From Euryarchaeota archaeon UBA91 (lineage in GTDB: Archaea; Thermoplasmatota; Poseidoniia; Poseidoniales; Poseidoniaceae), in the NCBI GenBank assembly GCA_002499705.1, contig DAMU01000036.1, forward strand, positions 7,314-71,313: 64,000 nt of DNA, written 5' to 3'. Numbering within the stretch: the stretch's first letter is position 1; every line of letters begins with the position of its first letter. Below are positions 9,511-19,162 of this stretch, one piece after another. The position numbers and the translations under genes were made by a program. The notes beneath the pieces were generated by a model. The model had not been told where the DNA came from and did no database searches. It was given only the letters and a program-made list of their open reading frames with translations.

Positions 9511-12500
9511 ATGGAACAAAAAACTGGCACACAAAGCACTGCGCCGGCAGCACCGTTGGGATGGCTTATTGCCCCCCTAGCAGTCCTGCTCGCTATCGCA
9601 GCCATCAAGCTCGTCGGAGTAGACTTCGAGCTCAACGTAGACAACATGACGCCGATGATATTCGTCATCGTCGCAAGTATCTTTGGACTTCTTCCATCGA
9701 TGCTAAACCAATCCGAATCTGCATCATTCTCAAAGGCCACTCTCTCCCTCTCAACATTGGCCGTTGCTCTTGTTGGTGCAGAAATTATCTATCTCCAAGG
9801 CTACGGTGCATTCACAGGTCTTCTGTTCGCTCTGGTTACCTTCGGCGTTCATTTCATGGCCAGTCGTGGACGATATGAACTCGCTTCGATTTTCATCTTC
9901 ACCGCCGTTGGAATCAATGTAGGAATCATCATGGCAGGAGATGCTCTTGCGACTCTTCCCGAGATTTACAACATGGCAGGAGTTGACGAACAACCGAGTT
10001 ATGTCTCGACTTTTAATCTGAAGAATCAAGCTGTGGGCTATCAGTTCTTTTCGTATCTGACTTTATTTATTTTGCTTGGCGCTCTTGTTGCCACCTTTGC
10101 TCGTGGTCAATTGACGCCTGTTAGCGAACAAGGCTGGTTCAGTTTCATGAACGCTGACACTTCATCATTCATCAACAAAAAGAACCTACCATTGCAAGTT
10201 GCTCTCGCAGTTTGGGCACTCGCTCACATCGCAAGCCTCTGGCATTACGACAGTGTTACTGTTGCTGATCAATTGGGAATCAACACCGTTGAAGGCTATC
10301 ATGGCTACTTCAGTTACTGGTCAGCGTTCTTCACCGGCATGGTTGCGCTTATCGTAGCAGGCATGTTTGCTGAACGCTGGCATACCCGTGCAATGACGCT
10401 TTCATCCATGTGGTTGTTGTATCAAGTCTCGACTTGGTATGATGCAGGAATGTTCGAAGTGGCAATGTTGGAAAACAACTGGGGAAGCCTCATCTGGCTT
10501 GGTGCAACGTTCTTTATTGGCGTTGGCATTTACTCGATTTCGACTCATGAATCGTGGGGCGGTTGGGTAAACCGTGAAGACCATGAATACTCTGGTGCTC
10601 GATTGTTCTGGAATCAAAACTGGGCCAGTGTTATGATTGGCTTGGCATTCTTCTTTGGATTGGTGATACGAACACAATGGTATCTCGTTCCTTCAATGAA
10701 TGCTTATGGCACTGGAAACTGGGACATGACCGGCGGTTCTGACCCGTGGTACATGAAGCGTGTTGTCGACTATATCCTTGCGAACAATGCACACATGATA
10801 TTTGATGCAGACCGGTTCTACCCAGTCGGTGGAATCAATCCTCGACCTCCAATCTTCACATGGTCAATCGCAGTCTTGGCTATGATTCTTGAACCGTTCT
10901 TCGACAACGGTGATGCAGTTTGGTGGGCGATTTTGTCTCTACCTGCAATTTACGGAGCACTCACCATCTTCCCTGTTGCTGCTATTGCACGAGAACATAT
11001 CAACGACAAAGCAGCAGTTATTGCTGCTTGGCTGATTGCTTTCATGCCTGCTCACGTGAGCCACACAACATGGGCTCTTGCTGACCACGACGCATTCATC
11101 ATGCTTTTCCTCACACTCGGATTCATGTTCTGGTTGCGAGCGGTCAAGTACGCAGGAACCGAGCGATTGCTACGTTCTTCATCAGCGACCCCTGCTGCGT
11201 TTATTGCGGCTATTTCTGCTGTTCTGACTCAACGAAAGGCTGCCTTTGCATCTGCTGTTTTAGCAGGTGTAAGTTTTGGTGTTGTCTCTCTTGGTTGGAA
11301 AGGTTTCGTAGTTGGCCCATCGATTTTATTCTTGGCTTACGCAGCTCAAGTTTCGATCAACATGTTCCGCCGTCGTGATTCAACAACACTCAATGTATTG
11401 TTCTTGACGATGCTTTCCGTCAATTTCTTGATGGCATTGCCGTTCTACGGCCACCCACAAATCAATCTGGTTCTTGACGGCACCGGCCTTCAACCGTTCT
11501 TGTTCATCTTTGTGTTCACATTGGCTATCAGCTTTGTAACGACCGGATTCCGAGACAAACCTTGGTTGCTTATTTTAGGTGTTCTCGCAACTTCTGGTGC
11601 TGTATTCTTCCTCGCATTGTGGCTTCTCAAGCAAGCAAATATTTCCAATGCTTGGGATGTCTTGTTCACAGGCAGTGGTTACTTTACCAAGACCAAGATT
11701 TTCGGAACAGTTGCAGAAGCAAACGCACCGAACAGAGGGCAACTCTTTGCGCAGTTCGGACCAATTACGTTTGTTCTCTCCCTGATTATGGGAGTTCTCT
11801 GCATCTGGTCTGCTCTTCGTGAACGTAAGCAAACCAATCTTGTATTCGGAATTTGGATTCTGGCAGCTTCCTTCATGGCTTGGACTGCGGCCCGATTCAT
11901 GTTCAATGCTACACCAGCCATCGCCGTTCTCGGTGCATGGGGAATTGTATCCCTTTGGAAGTGGGCTAATTGGGGTGGACTTGTCAAGACATGGAAGAAA
12001 CTCGGCATTCGTTCTCCTGAAGACCGAATCCGTGGAGCTCGTGTAGCTGTTTGGCGCACGCCGTCATTCTCAGCCATCATGCTTGTCATGATTATGCTGT
12101 TTGGTCAACAATTCACATACGGCCTTGATGCTGCTATCCCTGGCAGTAACAATGCAGAAGATGATATTGACGAAACCATTTACAACATCATTCCTGACGC
12201 TTTCCGTTGGGAAATTGGTGGCTTCTCACTGCTCGATGACAGTAATTACGACGGAAACTGGTATCTCGGTTCATTCGGGTCTGGTTTCAATGATAACGGT
12301 TGGAATACTGCGTATCAGTGGCTTGCATCTCAAGATACCGATATGAGTTATTCTCAACGTCCGGCATTCGTGTCATGGTGGGACTACGGTTTCCAAGCGC
12401 TCGATACCGGTGAACACCCATCTGTTTCCGATAACTTCCAGTCCGGAATCCCTGCAACTGGTAACATGTTGCTGGCTCGAAGCCAAGAGGACTTAGTCTC

Positions 12501-15500
12501 GATGTTTATCTGGCAACTAGGTCAAGGTGACATTGAATACAATCAAGCCCGAAATGGTGAAACAGCCTTTACTTCAGGATACAGTAACATCGTTGGCAAG
12601 TACCTCGTCGAAACTCAACAAATGGAACTCTTTACGACCATGTCAACAAGCGTCGACCATGATGAAATGATTGCGTTGGCAGAACTCAACAGTTTCCGAG
12701 TCTTCCAAACCAACGACGATGTTGTCCTTGCAGAAGGTTATCACCACACGAATGGAGTGTTTGACAAGTCAACACCTTACTGGCGTGTCTATGAAGACGG
12801 AGAACGCATGCTCTGTACAGAAGCACTCTCTCAAACCTGTGTTGATGGCGACTGGTCGGAATTGTTTGAAGCGAACCGAACATTCAACAACAATATTCGA
12901 ACTGGTGCAGACAACATTTACGACACCACACATTACATCATTGGAGATTATTGGTATACTGCTGATCTCATCGAAGAGTACGACTCGGTTGGAACCAACA
13001 TCCATCGTAAGAATACCCGTCTCTCGTTGACTGTGCAATTGCTTTCTCAGTCTCTCGAATCTCATCAAATCATCGACATGTATGACGATTTGATTAACCT
13101 TGAAGGCTATTATTCGGTCCAAGATTATGACGGAGCGCCAGGAGAAACGATTGACCGTGACCATGAAATCCGTTACTTCGCAATTGACAACCGATTGTAC
13201 CCTCGTGCAGGACGTTATACTGAAGACATGAATTACAACCAAGGACAGCCAATGGGTATCTTTGGTGCACCTACTATCTTGAGTGGTCAAGATGTTTCCA
13301 CTTACATGGATGAGGTCTACGAAACAATGCGTGGAGAGTTCCCTGATGAAATGACACGTGAAGAAGTTGACCTCGCGATTACGGAAGATTTCCTTAATCA
13401 ACAATCCGGTGCGGACATTGATCCATTACAGGTTCAAGACGTTCGTGTTGACCACAACGCTGCATTCTTCGACACTATGCTTGCTCGAGCATACGTGGGA
13501 TACGGGGCATCATCACTCGGTGTTGATGCAGGTTCATCCAATCCACAACCTGCACAACACTTTGGACAATCTGGAAGTCCGGGCAGTATATTGACTCAAG
13601 CGCTTCCATTACCAGGTGCAATGCAAAATCACTTTGTAATCGCGAACTGGTATACTGCTGAGGAGAACAGTTCAGTAACCGCTGAGCAGCAATCCACTGG
13701 AATCGCTTCAACAAACACACTTGTCAAGATTCTCAAGTATTACTCTGGTGCAGAAATTTCTGGCCAAGTGACAATGAGCGACAATGGGCAAGGCTTGCCT
13801 GGTGTTCGAATTCTGATTGAGCGTGATGCTTTCTCAGGCGAGGGTATTGAAGACCTTGACCCGGACACCTATTGGGTCCCAATCGGCTATACTGATGCTG
13901 ATGATGAGGGGAAGTGGTCTTTTGATGCTCCAGCTGGACGCATCCGTGTGAGCGCTTTTGCAGGTGATTACAATCCAACCACCGCTCAGGATAACATCCG
14001 TACTGGTGCTTTCTCTCAAGGATTAGGCGATATTTTGACGGTAACGAATGATGACCGCCAAATTAACGACATCACCGCTATTCTCGGTGAAGTTGCCAAC
14101 ATGAGTTGGCTTGGCGAATACCAGCACAACATCACAGCTCAACAAGCAGACAGGTTCGTCGATGTCCCTACTTCGTTTGACATCGCTGTCGAAAGCAGCG
14201 GTGTGTCAGGTCAAGTAACTTGGAGCGGGCACGAATCCTTCGACGGTGATGCTCTGGTCAGTACCGACTTCATTTTGCGTAACATCTGGTCCATGACTGA
14301 AAATTACACATTGACAACTACCAACGGTTCGTTCTCTTCTGATGACAGTCGAATCCTCCAAGGAACTGGTGAAGTGACATTTACCGAAAATGGAACCTTT
14401 GAAAGTGAAGGTGTAGCCTTTGCAGATGATTTCACTGGAACATTCACACGTTCTATTGCTGACGGTCGAGTTTACACAAGTAACGGAACCTGGAACGGCA
14501 AAGGTACACTTGAAGCATCTTGGATAAACTCTGAGAGCGTTGCTTCTTGTCTTGACAATGAAACTGCTCCAATGCCTGAAAATGAGTCGATATGTCTTCA
14601 AGACGCATCCGCCTCTCCACAGATTTACCTCTTAGACGGAGAAGTTGAAGCGAACGGAAGAATCACTTCTGATGGAATTTCCACCTTGGTTACCGAGCAC
14701 GTAGGTGACTCGTTTGAAGCGACTGGTTCGTTTGAAGGAACAGGAACTCTCAACGGCACCGGTCTCTTTGTCGGTGCTGGTGATTTCTCTGGGCCAATGG
14801 TCCAAGCAGGTTCATTCTACATCACCGGATTGATTCCTGGTGTTTACAACATGATTGCTCAGTTGGATAACGGCAAGGAAGTCTTGCTTCCAGATCCAGT
14901 GAATGTCGGAATTTCACCAACTTATGATTTGGAAATGAACATGCCAGGTTCAATCTTTGAGGACACTCTCGACGATTTCTTTGATGAACCGTTTGCAAAC
15001 GAGACTATTGAATTGGTTGATGTGGACCTTGGACTTTCAGAAGTAATCGAAATCCTCACTGATGAATTCGGTAATTTCTCGTATGGCCCAATTTCTGCAG
15101 GTGAATATTATTACAGAGTCGATGTTGATAACGATGGCTGGTATGAATTGAATGAAACATTCGTCGCTGGTGATTCCTCAGAGAACTTCACATTAGCCAT
15201 GAGTGTTCCTGAGATGCACGATATCTCTCTGCAACTCACTTCTCCTGTAGACCCACTTACACAAGAGCCATACGCTGATGTGACGGGTAGAGTCGTGACC
15301 TTCACGAATGATGATCCATTGTTCGGTCCACTGAACGCAACATCTGATGAAACTGGTCTTGTTTACATCGAATTGCCGATGGGAGCCTACACTATTTCTG
15401 ACGAAACTGGAGACGACTATATTCTGTTCGACTACGTTTCGCTTGAGACTGAAGACTTGTCGATTTCAAGTGCATACGCAATCGGAACATGGGTAAACGG

Positions 15501-18500
15501 AACTATCCGCGTCGCTGATGGCGGATTGTTCAACAATGATTTGACCTACGATGATTGGTCAGAACAAGATGACAGCATCAAATTCGACCAAAGCCAACCA
15601 GCATCTGGTCTTGATGTCTTCTTCATCTCCGATGACTTGTCATTCTCGGCCGTTGTTGAAACAGACGGAAACTACAGTATTCGACTACCGAGTGGTAATG
15701 ATTTCCACATGACGACCTTTAGTATCGCATCTCAGATGTCTGGAGGTCAATTGATTGAACTTACCGGTGATGCTGAAATGGATATGGGTCTTATGTATCT
15801 CAAGCCAACGACCGGGGTAACTGGTTTCGTATTCCTATACGATAATACATCCCTCTGGGATGGTCTAGCACCTGGTTACGAAAGTTCTCAAGAAGTCGTG
15901 GCAACCGATGCCGATGGACTTGAATGGAGGTCGCCAATCACAGATACTGGTGAATTCATCTTTAACTTGCAATACGGTGAATGGGATTTCACTGTTGATG
16001 TGGAAGCACTGAATTCTACTGATGTTGTCAATTACAACATCCTCAGTGAGTCTGATGCTATGCCAACACCTGTTGAACTGTTTGTCAACCCTGACTTTAT
16101 CACCATTGAACTCAATATATTCATGGATGCTGGAGCAGATGGCGTATTTGCCAATGGGACTGCTGTGAGCCCGTCTTTCACACTCATGCCGCTTAATGAC
16201 CATGGTCAACAGCACAACTACACTGCTGCAGACTATACTTCTGCGGGCAACATAACTGTTGTCTTAGAGCCTGGAATCTACTCTCTCCAACTCAATTCGA
16301 CAAACCCAGAGGATAGTAATGCGTCGGATTATGCGCTTCTCGGAGCAAATGTGTTTGACCCAATTATTGTAGGGCTTGAAGCATATGAAGAAGCAGTTCC
16401 ATTCCCACTACGTAACGAATACTTGGTGACTGGAGAACTGTTGAACAACAGCGGTGGTGCAGTAGAGAAGCAATTCTTGCTTCGAAATGAAGCCGACGAT
16501 CTGTGGTTTAACATGGCATCAGATGAGAACGGCAGTTTCGCCTCCTACGTTACAGCTGGTGATTGGGTTGCAATTGTTGCTCCATTCATAGCAGATAATG
16601 ACAGTACTGAAACTCTACGCTATCCGTTTACTGTTGGCCCAGATTCATCCGTTCGATACAATTTGTCCTTGACTTCACAAGATGTCATTGAAATGAATTT
16701 CCAACTGCAAGAATCGGACACTGATTCCAACATGTCCGGAATACGTGTTACTTTGGTTAGCCATGACGGGTTTGGCAATGTGACTCTGTCGAAATCCGAT
16801 GATAGCGGAAATGTATCAGAAGAAATAATGCCAGGTAACTGGAGCCTCTTCCTCAACGAAACAGCTCCACAGCGTCATTGGTCACTTGAATACGGACCGT
16901 TCCATACTGACAGTGCTGTCGATGGAGTTCTTGATATCGGAATCATCAATGCAGAACTGGAAGTTGAAATTGGCGGAAAGGTCTTCTGGGATCTTGACGA
17001 CAACGATATTCCAGGTGGAACAGAGGGTGTTGCAAACACAACAGTCTCCGTTGTTGGAATGAATAATTCACAAATTGATACGAATGTGACTACCGATGAA
17101 TTCGGTGTTTGGTCCTTGTTTGTCCCTATTGACGATGAATACCAAGTCACTGTGAGTAAAGAAGGTTTCAGCACCGAGGTTTACAACATCTCGAACTCAA
17201 GTGCTTACCCTGTCTATTCAGAACCCGAATCATATGATATTGAAATGACTGCTGGAAACGTTGTCGTTTCTGGCAATGTTACTGACATTAACGATGCGAG
17301 CCGATTGAACGGCTCCACAGTCGTTCTCTATCCTTCCAGTGGTATGGCAGGAGATATCCAAAATGTTACCCCAGTCTTTGAAAATAATCAACTGACATGG
17401 TCTGCGGTTATTGCACCAGGTGAATGGATTGTTGTTGTGACACAAGCAGATGCTGGTGAAAACGGCGGCGGTGTTGCTGTTGGATTACTTGACGCAAGTA
17501 TTTCCGACGGTGCAACACTCGACCTTGAAATGTCACTTGGTGGATGGATTGATTTGACAACCTCCTGGACAGACATCAACTTGAACGACCACCATGCAGG
17601 TTCCGGAGATACCAACGGCTCGGCTCTCTTGAATGAGTCCGTATCTGTGACCTTTGGAATTGGTTCTGATATTGAATGGGATATGCCAGTCGGAAATGAC
17701 GGAACCATCAGTATCTTGATGCCTGCTGAAGAAATCGAAATGGATTCATCCTTCGTAACTATTCAGCATGACCTCAATTTAGAAATGAACTACATTGGTG
17801 GTGCAGTGACACTTGTTGCTGAGGGCCGTTCTCCAGTCGCTCTTTCATACACACGCAGTATCAATTCAGATACTTCAATCACCATGGTGGAAAACAGCAT
17901 AGTGAACGCAACTGTTGTCGCTGATTCTGACCTTTCCTTTGTGGCAATTGAAGAAGAAGAAGCCTACAAGGCAATTGAGTTCGACTTGAACATCCAGTAT
18001 GACGGCACAGAAACAACTCAAGTGTTTGATGTCGCAGGTCAAATTGGAATCGCACCTGATGAAGCAGATTGGAACATTGAATTCTGGGATGGAACGAATT
18101 TCGTTGAATCCCACAACGTTACACTCGGAATCGGTGAAGATTTGAATGATACCAGTGTTGAATCATCAACTGTTCTTCGGGTGAGAATTCTTGCGCCGAA
18201 CCAGTCTGATGCATGGCATCTTGAAGAGCCTCATACTCTCAAGGTTCGATTGAGTACTGATTCTACACCTTCAAGTGAGATTGCCGTATCTGTTCAGGTA
18301 CCTCAGATCTATGCATTTGAGTTCTCTGATGTCCCAACTGTTGTTGGTCTCGACAACGCAGGAAGCCAGACATTTGGCTTTGATTTGACGAATTTGGGTA
18401 ACGGTGACGATACGTTTACTATTGAACTTGCAGACAACATCCCTGAAGGTTGGGAAATCACTCCGATGCAATCGGTTATGACCATCACCAAAGATGTGAC

Positions 18501-19086
18501 GCGCTCGCAATTGTTCACGATATTTTCAGCGACTGATTTCACTGAAGGAACAAAGACGGTAACTGTAACTGTTACCAGTTCCAACGGATTGCTTTCTGAT
18601 ACCTTTGATGTCGACATTATTCCATTGAGTATCCGGCTTGACATCGATCAAGGTGACATCATTACGCTTTCAGGTTCAACCGCAGATACACAAAATCAAC
18701 TGGTTATTCCAGTCACCAACCTTGGTTTGATGGCAACGGATAATGTTGAAGTTTCAGCAAAGATTGTTGACGGTAAGTCACTTGGCACAGTTACGATTTC
18801 GCTTGATGCAGAATCAACAACAAATGCGAACTTCACTGTCTCCGCTGCGGACTCAGGAAGCACAGTTCGATTTGAAGTAACTGTAGAAGTTGTTGGTGAT
18901 GACAGCAATAAGGTGACTCAGGAAATCGGTGCAGACAAGATGATTGATTTCAGTGTTGAATACTACATTGACGAAACCACTGAGGAGTCTCCTTGGTTTA
19001 CACTCGTTATCTTCGTCATCGGTGCTCTTGTAGTCTACGGTGGTGTTCGATTAGCCCGAAGCCGCTCTTCATCGACTCGATTCTGA
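9511..19086 (+). CDS. aglB: AglB/STT3 oligosaccharyltransferase fused to a giant extracellular beta-sandwich array with a C-terminal TM anchor (about 3190 aa)
   Basis: Track ORF 9454..19086 starts at a GTG. I prefer the ATG at 9511 (MEQKTGT). Residues 1 to about 420 form an extra polytopic domain. The OST core starts at DPWYMKR (nt about 10741, first external loop). The WWDYG catalytic motif is at nt about 12376-12390. After about nt 13400 there are roughly 1900 aa of tandem CarboxypepD_reg/transthyretin-like modules (e.g. GQVTMSDNGQGLPGVRILIERD...YWVPIGYTDADDEGKWSF; LTDEFGNFSYGPISAGEYYYRVD). It ends with a TM helix FTLVIFVIGALVVYGGV plus RLARSRSS. Confidence 0.8.
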   Translation: MEQKTGTQSTAPAAPLGWLIAPLAVLLAIAAIKLVGVDFELNVDNMTPMIFVIVASIFGLLPSMLNQSESASFSKATLSLSTLAVALVGAEIIYLQGYGAFTGLLFALVTFGVHFMASRGRYELASIFIFTAVGINVGIIMAGDALATLPEIYNMAGVDEQPSYVSTFNLKNQAVGYQFFSYLTLFILLGALVATFARGQLTPVSEQGWFSFMNADTSSFINKKNLPLQVALAVWALAHIASLWHYDSVTVADQLGINTVEGYHGYFSYWSAFFTGMVALIVAGMFAERWHTRAMTLSSMWLLYQVSTWYDAGMFEVAMLENNWGSLIWLGATFFIGVGIYSISTHESWGGWVNREDHEYSGARLFWNQNWASVMIGLAFFFGLVIRTQWYLVPSMNAYGTGNWDMTGGSDPWYMKRVVDYILANNAHMIFDADRFYPVGGINPRPPIFTWSIAVLAMILEPFFDNGDAVWWAILSLPAIYGALTIFPVAAIAREHINDKAAVIAAWLIAFMPAHVSHTTWALADHDAFIMLFLTLGFMFWLRAVKYAGTERLLRSSSATPAAFIAAISAVLTQRKAAFASAVLAGVSFGVVSLGWKGFVVGPSILFLAYAAQVSINMFRRRDSTTLNVLFLTMLSVNFLMALPFYGHPQINLVLDGTGLQPFLFIFVFTLAISFVTTGFRDKPWLLILGVLATSGAVFFLALWLLKQANISNAWDVLFTGSGYFTKTKIFGTVAEANAPNRGQLFAQFGPITFVLSLIMGVLCIWSALRERKQTNLVFGIWILAASFMAWTAARFMFNATPAIAVLGAWGIVSLWKWANWGGLVKTWKKLGIRSPEDRIRGARVAVWRTPSFSAIMLVMIMLFGQQFTYGLDAAIPGSNNAEDDIDETIYNIIPDAFRWEIGGFSLLDDSNYDGNWYLGSFGSGFNDNGWNTAYQWLASQDTDMSYSQRPAFVSWWDYGFQALDTGEHPSVSDNFQSGIPATGNMLLARSQEDLVSMFIWQLGQGDIEYNQARNGETAFTSGYSNIVGKYLVETQQMELFTTMSTSVDHDEMIALAELNSFRVFQTNDDVVLAEGYHHTNGVFDKSTPYWRVYEDGERMLCTEALSQTCVDGDWSELFEANRTFNNNIRTGADNIYDTTHYIIGDYWYTADLIEEYDSVGTNIHRKNTRLSLTVQLLSQSLESHQIIDMYDDLINLEGYYSVQDYDGAPGETIDRDHEIRYFAIDNRLYPRAGRYTEDMNYNQGQPMGIFGAPTILSGQDVSTYMDEVYETMRGEFPDEMTREEVDLAITEDFLNQQSGADIDPLQVQDVRVDHNAAFFDTMLARAYVGYGASSLGVDAGSSNPQPAQHFGQSGSPGSILTQALPLPGAMQNHFVIANWYTAEENSSVTAEQQSTGIASTNTLVKILKYYSGAEISGQVTMSDNGQGLPGVRILIERDAFSGEGIEDLDPDTYWVPIGYTDADDEGKWSFDAPAGRIRVSAFAGDYNPTTAQDNIRTGAFSQGLGDILTVTNDDRQINDITAILGEVANMSWLGEYQHNITAQQADRFVDVPTSFDIAVESSGVSGQVTWSGHESFDGDALVSTDFILRNIWSMTENYTLTTTNGSFSSDDSRILQGTGEVTFTENGTFESEGVAFADDFTGTFTRSIADGRVYTSNGTWNGKGTLEASWINSESVASCLDNETAPMPENESICLQDASASPQIYLLDGEVEANGRITSDGISTLVTEHVGDSFEATGSFEGTGTLNGTGLFVGAGDFSGPMVQAGSFYITGLIPGVYNMIAQLDNGKEVLLPDPVNVGISPTYDLEMNMPGSIFEDTLDDFFDEPFANETIELVDVDLGLSEVIEILTDEFGNFSYGPISAGEYYYRVDVDNDGWYELNETFVAGDSSENFTLAMSVPEMHDISLQLTSPVDPLTQEPYADVTGRVVTFTNDDPLFGPLNATSDETGLVYIELPMGAYTISDETGDDYILFDYVSLETEDLSISSAYAIGTWVNGTIRVADGGLFNNDLTYDDWSEQDDSIKFDQSQPASGLDVFFISDDLSFSAVVETDGNYSIRLPSGNDFHMTTFSIASQMSGGQLIELTGDAEMDMGLMYLKPTTGVTGFVFLYDNTSLWDGLAPGYESSQEVVATDADGLEWRSPITDTGEFIFNLQYGEWDFTVDVEALNSTDVVNYNILSESDAMPTPVELFVNPDFITIELNIFMDAGADGVFANGTAVSPSFTLMPLNDHGQQHNYTAADYTSAGNITVVLEPGIYSLQLNSTNPEDSNASDYALLGANVFDPIIVGLEAYEEAVPFPLRNEYLVTGELLNNSGGAVEKQFLLRNEADDLWFNMASDENGSFASYVTAGDWVAIVAPFIADNDSTETLRYPFTVGPDSSVRYNLSLTSQDVIEMNFQLQESDTDSNMSGIRVTLVSHDGFGNVTLSKSDDSGNVSEEIMPGNWSLFLNETAPQRHWSLEYGPFHTDSAVDGVLDIGIINAELEVEIGGKVFWDLDDNDIPGGTEGVANTTVSVVGMNNSQIDTNVTTDEFGVWSLFVPIDDEYQVTVSKEGFSTEVYNISNSSAYPVYSEPESYDIEMTAGNVVVSGNVTDINDASRLNGSTVVLYPSSGMAGDIQNVTPVFENNQLTWSAVIAPGEWIVVVTQADAGENGGGVAVGLLDASISDGATLDLEMSLGGWIDLTTSWTDINLNDHHAGSGDTNGSALLNESVSVTFGIGSDIEWDMPVGNDGTISILMPAEEIEMDSSFVTIQHDLNLEMNYIGGAVTLVAEGRSPVALSYTRSINSDTSITMVENSIVNATVVADSDLSFVAIEEEEAYKAIEFDLNIQYDGTETTQVFDVAGQIGIAPDEADWNIEFWDGTNFVESHNVTLGIGEDLNDTSVESSTVLRVRILAPNQSDAWHLEEPHTLKVRLSTDSTPSSEIAVSVQVPQIYAFEFSDVPTVVGLDNAGSQTFGFDLTNLGNGDDTFTIELADNIPEGWEITPMQSVMTITKDVTRSQLFTIFSATDFTEGTKTVTVTVTSSNGLLSDTFDVDIIPLSIRLDIDQGDIITLSGSTADTQNQLVIPVTNLGLMATDNVEVSAKIVDGKSLGTVTISLDAESTTNANFTVSAADSGSTVRFEVTVEVVGDDSNKVTQEIGADKMIDFSVEYYIDETTEESPWFTLVIFVIGALVVYGGVRLARSRSSSTRF
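12376..12390 (+). other. WWDYG catalytic motif of the STT3/AglB oligosaccharyltransferase
   Basis: tgg tgg gac tac ggt in the frame of the 9454/9511 ORF (AFVSWWDYGFQALD). Confidence 0.8.
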
Positions 19087-19162
19087 TTCAAGAAACAGAC
19101 AACACATTATAGCCAAAGATTCGCAAGGATTTTTGCTGCTGTGATGCTGTAGGGGTGAAGAA

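Noticed and set aside
9148-9534. 128-aa minus-strand ORF that spans the purD 3' end and the aglB upstream region.
   Set aside because: It overlaps the confident purD and the aglB start. No recognisable features.
12769-13404. 211-aa antisense ORF inside aglB. Similar antisense ORFs at 11679-12089, 36024-36704, 52187-52648 and 52688-52984 lie inside other giant genes.
   Set aside because: They sit opposite strongly supported long sense ORFs. They have low-complexity or odd composition (for example the Ser/Pro-rich 36024 ORF is the mirror of a GAT/GAC-rich aspartate-repeat region). None has a plausible start context or recognisable domain. Sense-strand codon bias in giant genes is the classic source of long antisense artefacts.
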